NCBI GenBank assembly: GCA_033442325.1
Contig: JAWQFM010000005.1
Span: 1,009,058 to 1,073,057, forward strand
DNA: 64,000 nt
Origin: Salpingoeca rosetta
Lineage: Eukaryota; Protista; Choanoflagellata
Direction of reading: 5' to 3'
Shown: positions 17,072-39,330 of the stretch, one piece after another
Layout: each line of letters opens with the position of its first letter
Position numbering within the stretch: the first letter of the stretch is position 1
Position numbers and translations under genes: made by a program
Notes under the pieces: model-generated
The model's database searches: none
What the model saw: only the letters and a program-made list of their open reading frames with translations
Told to the model about the DNA's origin: nothing

Positions 17072-20000
17072 TGAAGCCTCAACCCGGGTTGCGCGATTGC
17101 ATGCACTGACGCTTTGTCTTGCACTTTGCATTTTGTGCTTGGTTTTGATGCACCACAACAGCGACTTCCTTGGCTTTGGTGCCGAGGAGGAGTTCAGCCT
17201 CAAGTACTTTATCCTGTACAAGAGCAGCTACGTGAATGGCGTCTGGCAGGAGGGCATGGCAGGTGCGCAACGCGTCACGTGTTCTCGTTGTTCCCTGCTT
17301 GCCTCTGTCTTTTGGGTTGTGAGCTTTATTGACTTCGTTGTTACCGCTGCCGCTTGTGCGCGCATGCATGCGCATGCATGTGCGTGTACTTGTAGCTGTG
17401 TCTTGTGTTGCGTCGTGTCTTGTCATGGGTTGAACCGCCCCATGGACGGCGTGCAATGCAGAGCCAAGTGGTTCTCATATTTGTTTCATGTTGAACATGT
17501 TGGCAGGCTGGGGCTTCCGCTTCGACATTGGCAAGATCTGCTACTTCCCTGGCATCTGCGCGCGCACCCTGGTTGATCTCCAGTACTCGGACAGCGATGT
17601 GCTTGCCCCGTGCGACGTGTTCAGCGACCTGTACCGCCAGTTGCCTGCAGGCAAGGTTGTGTCCATTCGTGGCACGGTGGTGCGGCCACAGATTGCGGGA
17701 CTGTTCCGCCTGCCCGGCGACGCGTCCGTGCGCCTTGTGCTGTCGACCACCGAGTTTGCGTACCTGTCGCAGACGAAATGCACAGCAACGCTGTTTGGCG
17801 TGTCCGTGGAAACCAACTTTGCCACCGGCAACTACCCGCAGCTCTTCTTCCGCACCAACTACCAAGTACGTTGTTCGTGACGCAACCGTCGAATGTTCTG
17901 GAAAGTGAAGGCGACGGGAGTGGGACTCATCACACTCATCACTCACCCCACATTGCTGCGCGCCTGTTCGTTTGTGTGCAGGCAAAGGTGTTTAATCTCG
18001 TTGATGCTGAGCTGGATGTGTCAGCGATCCTTCCCGCCTTCGACAGTCGCACTCTCATTGACTGGAACTCCATGGCGCTAAGCGTTCGTGGCACGTTCGT
18101 CGGTGATTTTGTGGAAGCAATCATGACTGCTGTTGAGCGGGTGCTGCGTGACTGGATCAACAAGGCCGTGGAGCGCTTTGAATCGGTACAGGACCTAGTT
18201 TCTTGAAATGCATATCTGAAGATATTGTCGACATCGTCGCCTCCAACTCAGGTTAGTTCATGCGTCTTGCGTCATCTGCGCTTTGCTCATCAACCCAATG
18301 CGTATGTGTACGTGTGTGTGTGTGTGTTATTGTACAGGTTAAGGCGGTATTTGAATCACTGAAGCAGAAGCTGCTGCAGTTTGAGGGTGTCATTGTGCGC
18401 CTTCAGAGCGGACTTGCAAGAGCCCGGCAACTCGTTGATGGCGCGAAACAGGTATGGCTGACACATTCGGCGGGCATGCATGTGTGCGTGAGTGCGTGTG
18501 CGTGCGGGCACCCTGCGTCATGTTTGTGTTGTTGTTGGCGTGTTTCTGATCGTTATGAATTGAAATGGATGGACCCCAGACTGTCCAATCCTGGCAAGAT
18601 GCGGTGGACAAGGCCAGGGAACCGCTGCAGGAAGCTCGTGAGCGTGCTGCGTATTTGCGTCATCGCATCGCAAGCATCTGCACAATCCGGGCATGTCCGG
18701 ACATCTGCATCCCTGGTTGCGAATTCAGGTAAACCCTGCTCCAAAGCTGTTGGTGTGCTTGCCTTGACGCGCCTTTGAGTGACATGTGAGATCATGGTTT
18801 GGACCACGAGGGATTGGGCATGTATCTGTCCTTCCTCACATACAAGCCGCGAACCAACCATATTTGCATCACCGACATGATGTAAGGCGCCGGCGCCGTC
18901 GCGTGGCGATGGATTCACTCGAGCTGGAAGAGGAGATCCGCCACCCAACGCGCAGCAAGCAGCTGCTGGCAAACCACAAGCAGGGCCACGCGTTGCTCGT
19001 CCGTCAGCGTCGCTGGGGCTCCATTCGCATCCCAAAGCTCGTCTGCTCGTGAGTTTGACTTTTCACGTGCTGCACTGTGCGATGCGCTGCGTGCCACCTG
19101 AAACGTCATGCCCTCAGCATGTATTTTGGCACTTCTTGTCAGAAAGACTCCCTTTGTTCCATGCGTCGTGCCCATGTTGCCCATACGCATATCCAATAAT
19201 GTGCTGTCAACGTCCTGGTCCATGGCTTGACTGACCTCGTTCGTGATGATGCATGCATCCACGTAGATCCTGCCTCTGGCGCATCCCGAATGTGCCGTGC
19301 CTCATCGCCAACGCCATCTGCCGAGTCCTCAAGGCAACGCTGCTGTTCTTACTCAAAGTCATCGACGCTCTCATCTGTAAGCAAGCTGATGCGCCGAGTG
19401 ACTTGTTTGTGCTTGGGATTGTTGATAACTCTGTCACGCTTCATGTCAATGTGTGTTAGTGGTGGCATGTTCAACTGAACCTTCGTGCATTGCATTGCTC
19501 TCTGTGACATCACCACCAACGCAACACATTAGCTGCTCTGCTTCTGGCTCTGGAGATGGTCGAGAAGGCGTTGGATGCCGCCCTTGTCTTCCTGGACTCG
19601 GCCAGCTTCCTGTTCGACCTTGCTGGTACGTCTTGCGACCTGGTGTGCAATTTCGTTAAATGTCAGTTGAAGGTTGTGTCCGATGCCGGAAAGAATCATA
19701 ACGTTGTATCACTGACACAACGCTGTTGTTGCTACACACAGCCCAAATCCTGGACAAGGCACGCTCTGTGTTCCGACTAATAGAAGTCGCCATCGACGCC
19801 GCAAAGGCAAGACAACATGTGTGCAATGACCAAGTTGACGACTTTCCAGTTTTGCAGTGTTCCGCGCCAACACTTCACGCGCATTGTCATGTCACGCTTG
19901 ATGTTCGCCACCGCCATGTTGTCAGGTTGCCGTGGACGTTGTCAAGGAAGCAGTGAGAGGCGCGCTGGAGCTGGGAGTCGCACTTGCCTCTGCCAGTATC

Positions 20001-23000
20001 TCGGATGTTATCGGCATTCCGAACATGGGCTTCGAGCTTGTGGTCAAGGGCTTCACTCCACGCGAGTTCAGCGCCAGTATGGACATTGTGCTGTTCAAGT
20101 CAACATCAATTCGCCTCAACGTGTTTATCAACTTCGCCGACATCTTCAGATCGTACGTTCACATGATGCTCACAATTGCCTGGAGGCCGTGTTGTGCTGC
20201 ACACGCGCGCCGTTGCTTGCATGGTCAATTCGACAAGAGGTCAACCACGTTTGCCTACTTTTGTTCTTGTGTCTCCACCACACGCTTGCCACGTCCACCC
20301 ATGCTCACCACTTACTGCCACCCATTGCACTCTGTTTCCACTGCCCACCATTGCCATCCCATCCCCTCTCCCTTTGCCTCCTTCTCGGCTCCCCTCCCTG
20401 TTTTGCTTTTCGCTTGGCCAGGATTGCGCGCGTTGCGAGCGACCTGTTTGACCGGTTCTTCAGCAGCTTCTTCCGCCGGCGGCGGTATGCGCGCGGGCTC
20501 GGGGTGGACGTTGTCACCGTGGCCCACATTGCGCAGCACCACCTTGGCCTCGACCTGCACCACGTGTTCTACCAGGAGGGCAAGAGCGCGGGCCACCGCG
20601 ACCACTATGCAATTGACATGGAGCACGCGCTGTCGGAGCTGGAGCGGCACCGGCGCGAGACGGGCGACAACAGCACGATGGGCGATGGTGGCGATGGCGG
20701 CGGCAGCGTCAACGGCACCGCGGGCGTCAACATCACGCAGGAGGCGGCCATCGAGCGGGTGGACCCGGCCATGCTGTACCAGCACAAGTGCAACGTGTTC
20801 ATGGACGCGCTGGACTTTTTGCTGACGTTTACGGACGAGGTTGAGGACCGGTACATGGAGGCGGAGCGGTTCAAGCGCATGACCAACGAGTCTGAGACGC
20901 AGCTGATGGAGGCGCGGGACCCGCAGAAGAACATCCCGGAGGTGAACAGGACGGCGTTTGCAGACGACCCGGCAGTGAACGGGCTCGTGCTCGGCTACGT
21001 GGACTCTGTGGACATGAGCGCGCTGGCGGCAAACGCAACGGACGACGAGTCTGTGCAGTCCGGCATGCAGTCGGAGGAGGACGCGATGGAGAACTGGAAG
21101 CAGGAGCAAAACGCCACGGAAGCCGGCGACTACTCCGACATGCTCAACGCGCTGCAGGCCACGCTCAACGGCACGGGCCAGCTTGACGAGTTTGGGTGCG
21201 GGGATGTCCCTGATTGCATCATTGCGTCGATGGACCACCTGACGGACCTGTGGAACGACGTGTCGCTGCCGGAGTTTGCGGAGCTGAGCGGGCAGATTGA
21301 GCGCATGAGCAACTACAGCAAGCAGCTTGCGTCCGGCAACCTGACGCTGTCCGAGGCGTACCAGCAGGTGACGGAGATTGTGGACTGGGTAAATGCCACC
21401 ATGATGATGGACGTGTGGTGCGGCGAGGTGCCTGTGATTACGGAGCATCCGCTGCCGCTGGCGACGACGTTCCCCGGGCGGTCGCTGGAGCTGCGGTGTG
21501 CGGCGACGGGCGTGCCTGAGCCGAGCGTGTACTGGTACCGGGAGACGATGCAGGACGATGACGAGCTGGTGGGCGAGGGCGCGCGGCTGCAGCTCACGGA
21601 CATTGAGCCCGCTGACGACGGCTCGTACTACTGCGTTGCGCAGAACCACATGCACAACGCGACGTCCAACTCGAGCCAGGTGCTGGTTGTTGCTGGGGCG
21701 AGCTCCGAGCTGATCCTGCGGTACACGTTTGCCAGCGAGAACTACACGCAGGAGGTGGTTGAGACCAACGCGACGGCGAGCTTCCGGATTGCGGCGCTGG
21801 TTGAGATCAGCACGCGGCTCGGGGTGGAGGAGGACCGCCTGACGCAGTTTGAGGTTCTGGAGAGCGGAGAGGTGTCGCACAGCATCGGCGACCCTGCGGA
21901 GGAAGGCGACGTGTCGACAGACGCCCTGGTGAAGCGGCTGACGCAGCTTGTGCGGTTTGGCAACATGTTTGTGCGGTTTGGCGGGGTGCGGCTGTATGCG
22001 GACGCGCAGTCGATGCGCCGGGACTACTGCCGCACGGCGTGCCAGGTGATCACGGAGAATTCCATCTACGGGGAGCCGTGCGTGCTGCCGAAGCTCAGGT
22101 GCCCGTACGGCCCGGGCAGCTGTCGCTACTCGTGCGAGGGCGACTACATCTTCCAGTCTGGCGCCGCGGCCACGTGTCGGCGCAGCCACGAGTTTTCGGG
22201 CTTCAACGGGGTGCCGTACTGCCGGCGCCTCAACGACCCGCCGTTTGATGTCCGCTTCACGGGCAACGCCAGCTTCCCGGAGACCACGCCGCCCAACACC
22301 GTGCTCGGGCAGGTGCGCGCGCGGGACACGGACCCGACGCAGACGGTGACGCTGTCGCTGGTGGGTGGGGGCGAGTATGTTGAGCTTGATGGCGCGAGCG
22401 GGGAGCTGGTGCTGAAGAGGGCGGTTGATCACGAGGCGATGCCTGCCATCACGGTGACGGTGCGGGCAACGGACGACTACGTGCCGCCCTACTACACGGA
22501 CGCGACGTTTGTGCTGCTGGTGGCGGACGTGAACGAGGCGCCGACGGCGATTGGCGTGACGGGCTCGCTGTCTGTGTCTGAGGGCACGGGGTACGGCGCG
22601 CAGTTTGCGCGGCTGTCGACGAGCGACCCGGACGCGGGCCAGTCGTTCACGTACACGCTGTCGGACGACTTTGGCGGGCGGCTGGCGGTGCTGGGGAGCC
22701 TGCTTGTTTCCGGCTCGACGCCAATTGACTTTGAGGAGACGCCTGGGTTCAATGTGACGGTGACGTCGACAGACAGCGGCGTGCCGCCCTTGTCCGTGCA
22801 GCGCAGGCTTGAGCTGCATGTGACGGACGTGAACGAGAGGCCGAGCGCGAGCTTCGAGTGCGAGGCTGCCGTGTGTGGCGGGCTTGTGGAAGGGCTGGCT
22901 GCGGGCACGCAGGTGGGTGTGGTGCGTGTTGAGGACGAGGACCGCGGGCAGACGCACCGCGTTGTTGTGCGGGACGACCGGAGCGACGGCGCGATTGCGT

Positions 23001-23706
23001 TTGAGGGTCTGCGGGCGGTGCTGGCCAAGAACATCAGCGATGCGCTGCCGGCCACGCTCCGGGTGACGTTTGTGGTGAAGGACGACGGGTCGCCGTCAAA
23101 GACGTCTGAAGAGGTGAGCATTGAGCTGACGAACCTGGCGCTCACGACAACCACAACCACAACAACCACAACCACGACAACCACAACCACGACCACAACA
23201 ACAACCACGACCACGACCACAACAAGCGGAAACAACACGGTGGCTGCAACGACGACGACGACCACCAGCACGACAACGACGACCACGACGACCACGACAA
23301 CAACGACAACAACGACAACGACGACTACGACCACAACCACTACCACGCCTGGAACAACCACGACAACCACGACGACAACAACCACCACGACGACGACGGC
23401 GAACATTGCGCCTGCGATTGATTCGCTGCGTCCTGTTGTTGGCGAGAACGAGCCTGTAGGCACGGAGGTGGCGCAGGTGAAGCTGTCTGCGGCCACAGAG
23501 CAATCGCACGAGCAGTACACCTTCTCCATCATCGACGACGCAGGTGTGCATGTGTGTGTGTGTGTTTGGTCGTGTTGTTTTGTTGGGGGTGCGGGGCTGC
23601 ATACGTTTGGGACTTGTTGGGTTGGGGGTTGGCTGCAACACATCCACTCGCTTGCAAGAAGTTGCTATCACGTGTATGTGTGTGTGTGTGTGTGGGGGGG
23701 GGGGGT

Positions 23707-23757
<51 letters not shown>

Positions 23758-25152
23758 ACATTCACACGTTTGCCGATGAGATACCAGTGCAATCATGCTG
23801 GCCTACACGCTGTAGTAGTTTCCATGATGCTGATTCGCTCGCTCACTATGACGCACACACACACACAACACATACACGCACACGCACACACACACGCGCA
23901 CACACACACACACACACACAACACACACACACACACACACATGCAGGGGGTCGGTTTGCGCTTGCAAATGGGGACCGGATTGTGACGGCGCAGGTGCTCA
24001 ACTTTGAGGAGTCGTCGAGCTACACGGTGAAGATTCGCGTGGAGGACAACGGAACGCCACCGCTCTCCTCAGAGCGGGAAGTGGTCATTCGCGTCCTCGA
24101 CAGCAACGACCCGCCCTCGCTGCAGCTTCTCGCCACGCCAGCAACAGCAGCATCTACGATTGGCTCCGGGTCTGCCAAGGGGACCGCCCTGTACGACATT
24201 CAGATTTCAGACGAGGACCTGGCACAGGTATGTGTATGTGTGTCAGTGTGTGTGTACGTGTGTGTGTATGTGTGTGCGTGCGTGTTTGTGTACCTGCGCG
24301 GCTGCTGCGCTCACGTTGTTGTTGTTGTGTGAGTGTCTGCATTTTACGCTTTCTGTGATCTGCCCTCTTCACAGCTCATGCACGTGTGGTGTGACTGCTT
24401 GTGCTGTTGTGCGGTAGACACACGAAGTGATGTTTATGGGACCTCATCATGACCTGGTTGAGGAGCGGTTTGGGCAGGTTGTGTTGACGGAAGCGATCTT
24501 CCGGGGTGAGAACCTCACCGCGCTTGACTTTACCGTGCGTGTGCGAGACACATCTGGCGCCACGGCAGACGTTGCTGTTCACCTTCCCATCGTGTACCTC
24601 GGCACGACACTTGAACCAACAACGACGACGGAGGCACAACCGGAGCTGCGGTCGTCTGCGCAGTCGCTTGGCGCCGGCGCCATCACCGGCATTGTCCTTG
24701 GTGTCGGCGTTCCACTCATGGTGCTGCTGCTCTGCTTCGTGTGCATGCGGCGGCGGACACAGCGGAGACAGCTTGAGCATGACCTGACGCTGAAGAAGAC
24801 GGCCAAGTCTCCGTTTGGGTTCCAGCACTCGCGGTGGTATTCGATGGAGCAGCTCAACGCAACGAGCACGACGGACGACGACGACACATACTTTGATCAA
24901 CCAATGTCATCTCCAGCGCGTGAGCGCGTGGTGATTGAGGAGGACGACGTGGACAACCTCGAACGCGGTGCTGGGATTGGCGACTTGGACTATGATGACG
25001 ACGAAGACCTCACGCGATTGAACGACGCTGTTGGAGATGAGCTCATGTTTATTGACGATGGCGATGACGATGGCGATGGTATTAGGACTGCGTTTGAAGG
25101 GTCAGTCAGCGCAGATGACGCTGCCTTCCTGCAGAGTCTCAGCCAGCAGTGA
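9957..25152 (+). CDS. Giant cadherin A: signal peptide, EGF repeats, TNFR-type Cys repeats, large unassigned beta/helical region, Ig, SEA-like, sushi-like, cadherin repeats, Thr mucin tract, cadherin repeats, TM, acidic tail
   Basis: [31 protein letters not shown]. EGFs [12 protein letters not shown] and [16 protein letters not shown]-like [19 protein letters not shown]. Ig [18 protein letters not shown]...[11 protein letters not shown]. Cadherin motifs [65 protein letters not shown]. Exon phases were checked and are consistent across 18338-23543. Confidence 0.85.
10836..10995 (+). repeat. Tandem duplication of 76 bp (84-bp period) of an EGF exon start
   Basis: tgtgtggtcctggctgtgatccggttgg...gagcaccacac occurs at 10836-10911 and 10920-10995. 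Confidence 0.9.
14099..14900 (+). repeat. Apparently exact 401-bp tandem duplication (intron end plus exon 5' part) inside cadherin A
   Basis: 14099-14499 matches 14500-14900. Confidence 0.92.
20127..24130 (+). repeat. Left arm of ~4 kb near-identical inverted repeat (cadherin core)
   Basis: Reverse complement of 59552-63570, including introns and Thr tracts. Differences are scattered substitutions and microsatellite length changes, plus a few clustered ones near the outer end. Confidence 0.95.
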
Positions 25153-25996
25153 GAATCTGTACCTGCGTGTGGTATGCGGGTGGTGTGGTGATGCGAGACT
25201 GCGTGTGATGGCGATGCTTGGAATGGGTGTTATGTGGGGAGTGAGAAACGGGCTGTGCTGAAAAGGTCTGCCGGTCAGCTGAGCTACAGCACTGCCTTGC
25301 TGGCTGATGAGGGGAGGAGGAAGAGAGAAAAAGAGAAGGATGACGCGCAAGAAAGAGGGGAGGAAGAAGGAGAGCACGAGGAGGAGGACGCCAACAACAG
25401 CAGTAGCAGCATTATCGAGTGACTTGGCATGGCTCAAGCCAACTGTGATGGGACTTGACTTGGATGGTTGCTTTCCGCTTTCGTTTGACTGTCCCCTGTT
25501 AATCGTCGTGTGTAACCTGCACCCCTGTATGTGTGCATATATTTGAACCTCTGTCGCGAGGTGCCTGCACGCCTGGTGCGTGGCGGTCTCTGGCAGAGGG
25601 AATGCGTTGTGCTTTCTCATGTCTGTACTTGGTTTGATTACAGCATCAACTGAGCGAATGATCAAGCTAATTGACGGAAGACAGCAGTAGTAGACACAGC
25701 CGCATGTGGTCAAGAAAGAGTGGGTGATTGGAAAGACGCTGGGTGGGGGAACAGGATGTATGGCGTCGAAAGAAGCTGCGCGAGCACAGAGCGAGAAAGA
25801 AAGAGAAGGGGAGAGAGAGTGTGTGTGTGTGAGTGAGTGTGTGTGTAGGTGTGTAGGTGTGTGTGTGTGTGTGTGTGTGTGACAGAGACATCAAGTGAGA
25901 CAGAAACAGAGACAAGCAAACCCACAAGCACACAACACATACGCGCGCACACGAAGATACATATGAGGTGGTTGTGAAGACGGTCGTTCGTTCATG

Positions 25997-27317
25997 TCAA
26001 ATAATGCGTTTCGATATGATGAGGAGCTGGGTTGGCAGCTGCGCAAGCGCGGGCAGGGAGGTGTCGTGGGCAAGGACCGAGTCGCAGGCGGAGGTCATTG
26101 CCAGTTGGATTTCACCAAAGTGCTTGGCGGAGTGACGCATGACATCCAAGAAGATGAACACGCTCCCTGGCTTTGCAGCCTTTGCAATGTCTTGATAGAA
26201 GGCGAGTCCACCCTCCACGGATCTGCCCGAGGTTTCATGGCAGACGTAGGAGAAGATGAACAGGTCTGCTGCTGGTACAAGCACCCCAACGTGGCTGTAA
26301 AATGAACGCGAGCAAGGGAGACGAACGAGGAGATGAGAGAATCAAGCAGAGGAGAAGGCAGTTCAGTTGCGTGTGAGATCCAACATGGAGGTGTTCTGTG
26401 ACTGTGGGTCGCGATACGATGTGTCCATCGAGCCAGAAACACACAGCGAATGGGAAAGTCAAGCTCAACACCGATTGGCAAGACAACACATGAACAGAGC
26501 ATGTGTAGACTCGCCCCCAAGTGCACACAGATATTCGTGCACACGGTGACAGCTCGAATGTATGCACACACGCGCACACATACACACACAGAAACATCCA
26601 GACACACACACACACACACAGACACACAGACAGACACACACACACACAGACAGACAGACAGACAGACACAGACACAGAGACACACACACATGGCCTGACC
26701 GATTGATGTCTGCTTGTAGGTTGGTGCAAACGTCGCCATGAACAAAGGAGACTTCGACTTGTGGTTTGAAGAGGGTATTGAGCGTGGCCTCGTATCGCTT
26801 CCAGGACTTTTCAAAGTCCATTAGATGGCAGGTGATGGCGGGGACGTGACGCCGCTGCGGCAGAAGTGTTTTGCACACCCAGACCAAACCGGACGCATCT
26901 GTGCCAGGGCCGCCACCGCACGAGATGACGGAGAGCGGGTGCTGGCTTGGCTGGGTCCAGGGCTCACACACGGCCTGCCGCAACGCGGCACAGCTCGGAT
27001 CGTTGATCAAAGTGTGGAAGAGCGTGTACAGGAGCGTGCCACGCCGCACAAACTTGGTTTCAAAGTAGACAAGGTGCAGGGCGCTTCCTGTGAAACGGAT
27101 CCCTTTTGTGTCGCTGCTGGTTGACAGCTCGTGGATCTTGGTTCTTGCTCGCTGCACCTGTTCCGGCGTGCTTTCAGCCTTGCGCTGTGTCCACGCCATC
27201 AGCATCCGTTTCCCATCCTCAAACCAATCTGCACGCGTGTGTGTGTGCATGAGTACGTGTGTGTGTGTGTGTGTGTGCGTGCGTGTGTGTGTGCATGAGT
27301 GCGTGCATGAGTGCATG

Positions 27318-27381
<64 letters not shown>

Positions 27382-27749
27382 CATGTACAGGTGTGTGTGT
27401 GTGCACATGGATGGCACCACCTATCCTGACCAACTCTTGGTGATTTGCTCCCAGCCCGCTCGCCCCACGCCCTCGCCCTACGTCCACTCGTCACCATACC
27501 TTGGATGTGGGGTGGAAGTTCTAACATGCGTGAGGAGCTCTGTCTTGGTGATGTTGTTGATGTAGGCGATGGCGATAACGCTGCGTGTGCGCCCTTTCCT
27601 TTGCCCTTCCTTGTCTTCCTGCTGCTTCCAAGGTTGCTGTTGATGCTGGTGTGTGCTGCATGGTGTTGCGGGAAGGTCGATGTACGTCCATCTTCCGACT
27701 CTGCTGCTGCTGTTGCTGGGCGAGTCTTCCTTCCACGCTTCTTGCCCAT
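25997..27749 (-). CDS. Uncharacterised class I SAM-dependent methyltransferase with a basic N-terminus
   Basis: Motif [12 protein letters not shown], acidic end of beta2 [15 protein letters not shown], motif [13 protein letters not shown], then [12 protein letters not shown]-terminus MGKKRGRK is NLS-like. Confidence 0.72.
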
Positions 27750-27989
27750 CTTTGTTTGTGTGCCCTGCTGTTGTTTGTGTCGTGTCCTGTGTCGTGTCCT
27801 CTGCAGGAACACGAGGGTTGTGTGTGGTGCTTGCTGTCATCGTGCTCGATGTTGTGCAACTGCAGCTGTTTTATGGCACTTCGCCACGGAAGACATTCAA
27901 TCATGTAGGCAAAATGACGTCATCAACAGGCAAAATGCAAATTCGAGCAACCGCCGCGCCACATCCAAACAACAAACATCACAAGCATC

Positions 27990-30101
<2,112 letters not shown>

Positions 30102-30595
30102 CTTGGTCCGTGTGCGTGCGTGTGCGTGAGAGAGAGAGAGTGTGTGTGTATGTGTATGTGTGTGTGTGTCGTCGCTGCTTGCTCTTGCTTGCTCTCGTTT
30201 CGTCGTTGGTGTCTTGCTTCGTCTTCTTGCTTGCTTGCTTGTTTGGTTGTTTGGTTGTTTGCGCGGAAAATGGATTTCGTGGTGCCATTCGCGCGGGCAT
30301 ATTCGCAAACGCAGACCAGAAAATACAAAAAAGCAGCCATTTCCGTCATCTGACGAGATGGGCAGTGCGCGGCTTTTGATGAGCTCAGAATGACTTGACA
30401 CCGCCTCTCATGACGGGAGTCTTCTCCGTGCTTCTCGAAGAGCTGGTGGTGTGATGATGGGATATGCTTTACTGCCATCATAGTGACTGGTGGTGTGGAC
30501 GCACAACTTCTTAACACCAATGAACGAACGAACGAACGAGTGTGTCAGCTTGAACAACAAAACAACTGTGTGCGTGACACCCTGCATGCAGAACC

Positions 30596-30660
<65 letters not shown>

Positions 30661-30706
30661 CCTTCTTCTGATGGACATCGTGACGGAGCTACCACATGCA
30701 CACACG

Positions 30707-38825
<8,119 letters not shown>

Positions 38826-39047
38826 GATCGCAGCTCAAAGACAACACAGCCTGCGTGATCGTGTGTCGTTTGTGTTTTGCCTGCGGTGGCTGGCTGGCAG
38901 GGTGTGGGCGGGCGGAGTGACGAGAAAAACGACACAACCAGCAGGTGGCAGGAGGAAAGCAGCCAAACAACGCCAACAAAGCGGTTGTGATTCCTGAAGA
39001 TTATCAATGCAACCGCCATAATTCTTTCATGGCCGGAACGTGCGGAG

Positions 39048-39290
39048 ATGAGCAGCACACCAGTGAGCGGTGGCGCTGAGTGCGCGAGTCACCAACAGCA
39101 CCAGCACCAGCACCAGCAGTCGTGGGCAGATGAGGTTGCACGGTGCGCATTAGAAACATACAAGAAGCTGCCTCGACAAGGGAAGCCCAAGGCAGATAAT
39201 GAATGGACAGTCATGGCGGCCATCGTGCTCCAAACAGCGCCTCACACTGTGAGTGAGTCCGTAGTTGTGAGTGGGTGAGTGAGTGAGTGA

Positions 39291-39330
<40 letters not shown>

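Noticed and set aside
20312-22957. 881-aa antisense ORF (and its 882-aa twin at 60732-63380)
   Set aside because: Shadow of the GC-rich cadherin exon; R/H/V/A-rich with no domain signal.
24740-25152. Classical cadherin p120/beta-catenin-binding domain in the tails
   Set aside because: Acidic character only; the YDEEGGGEED and PPYDSL...GS-type cores are absent.
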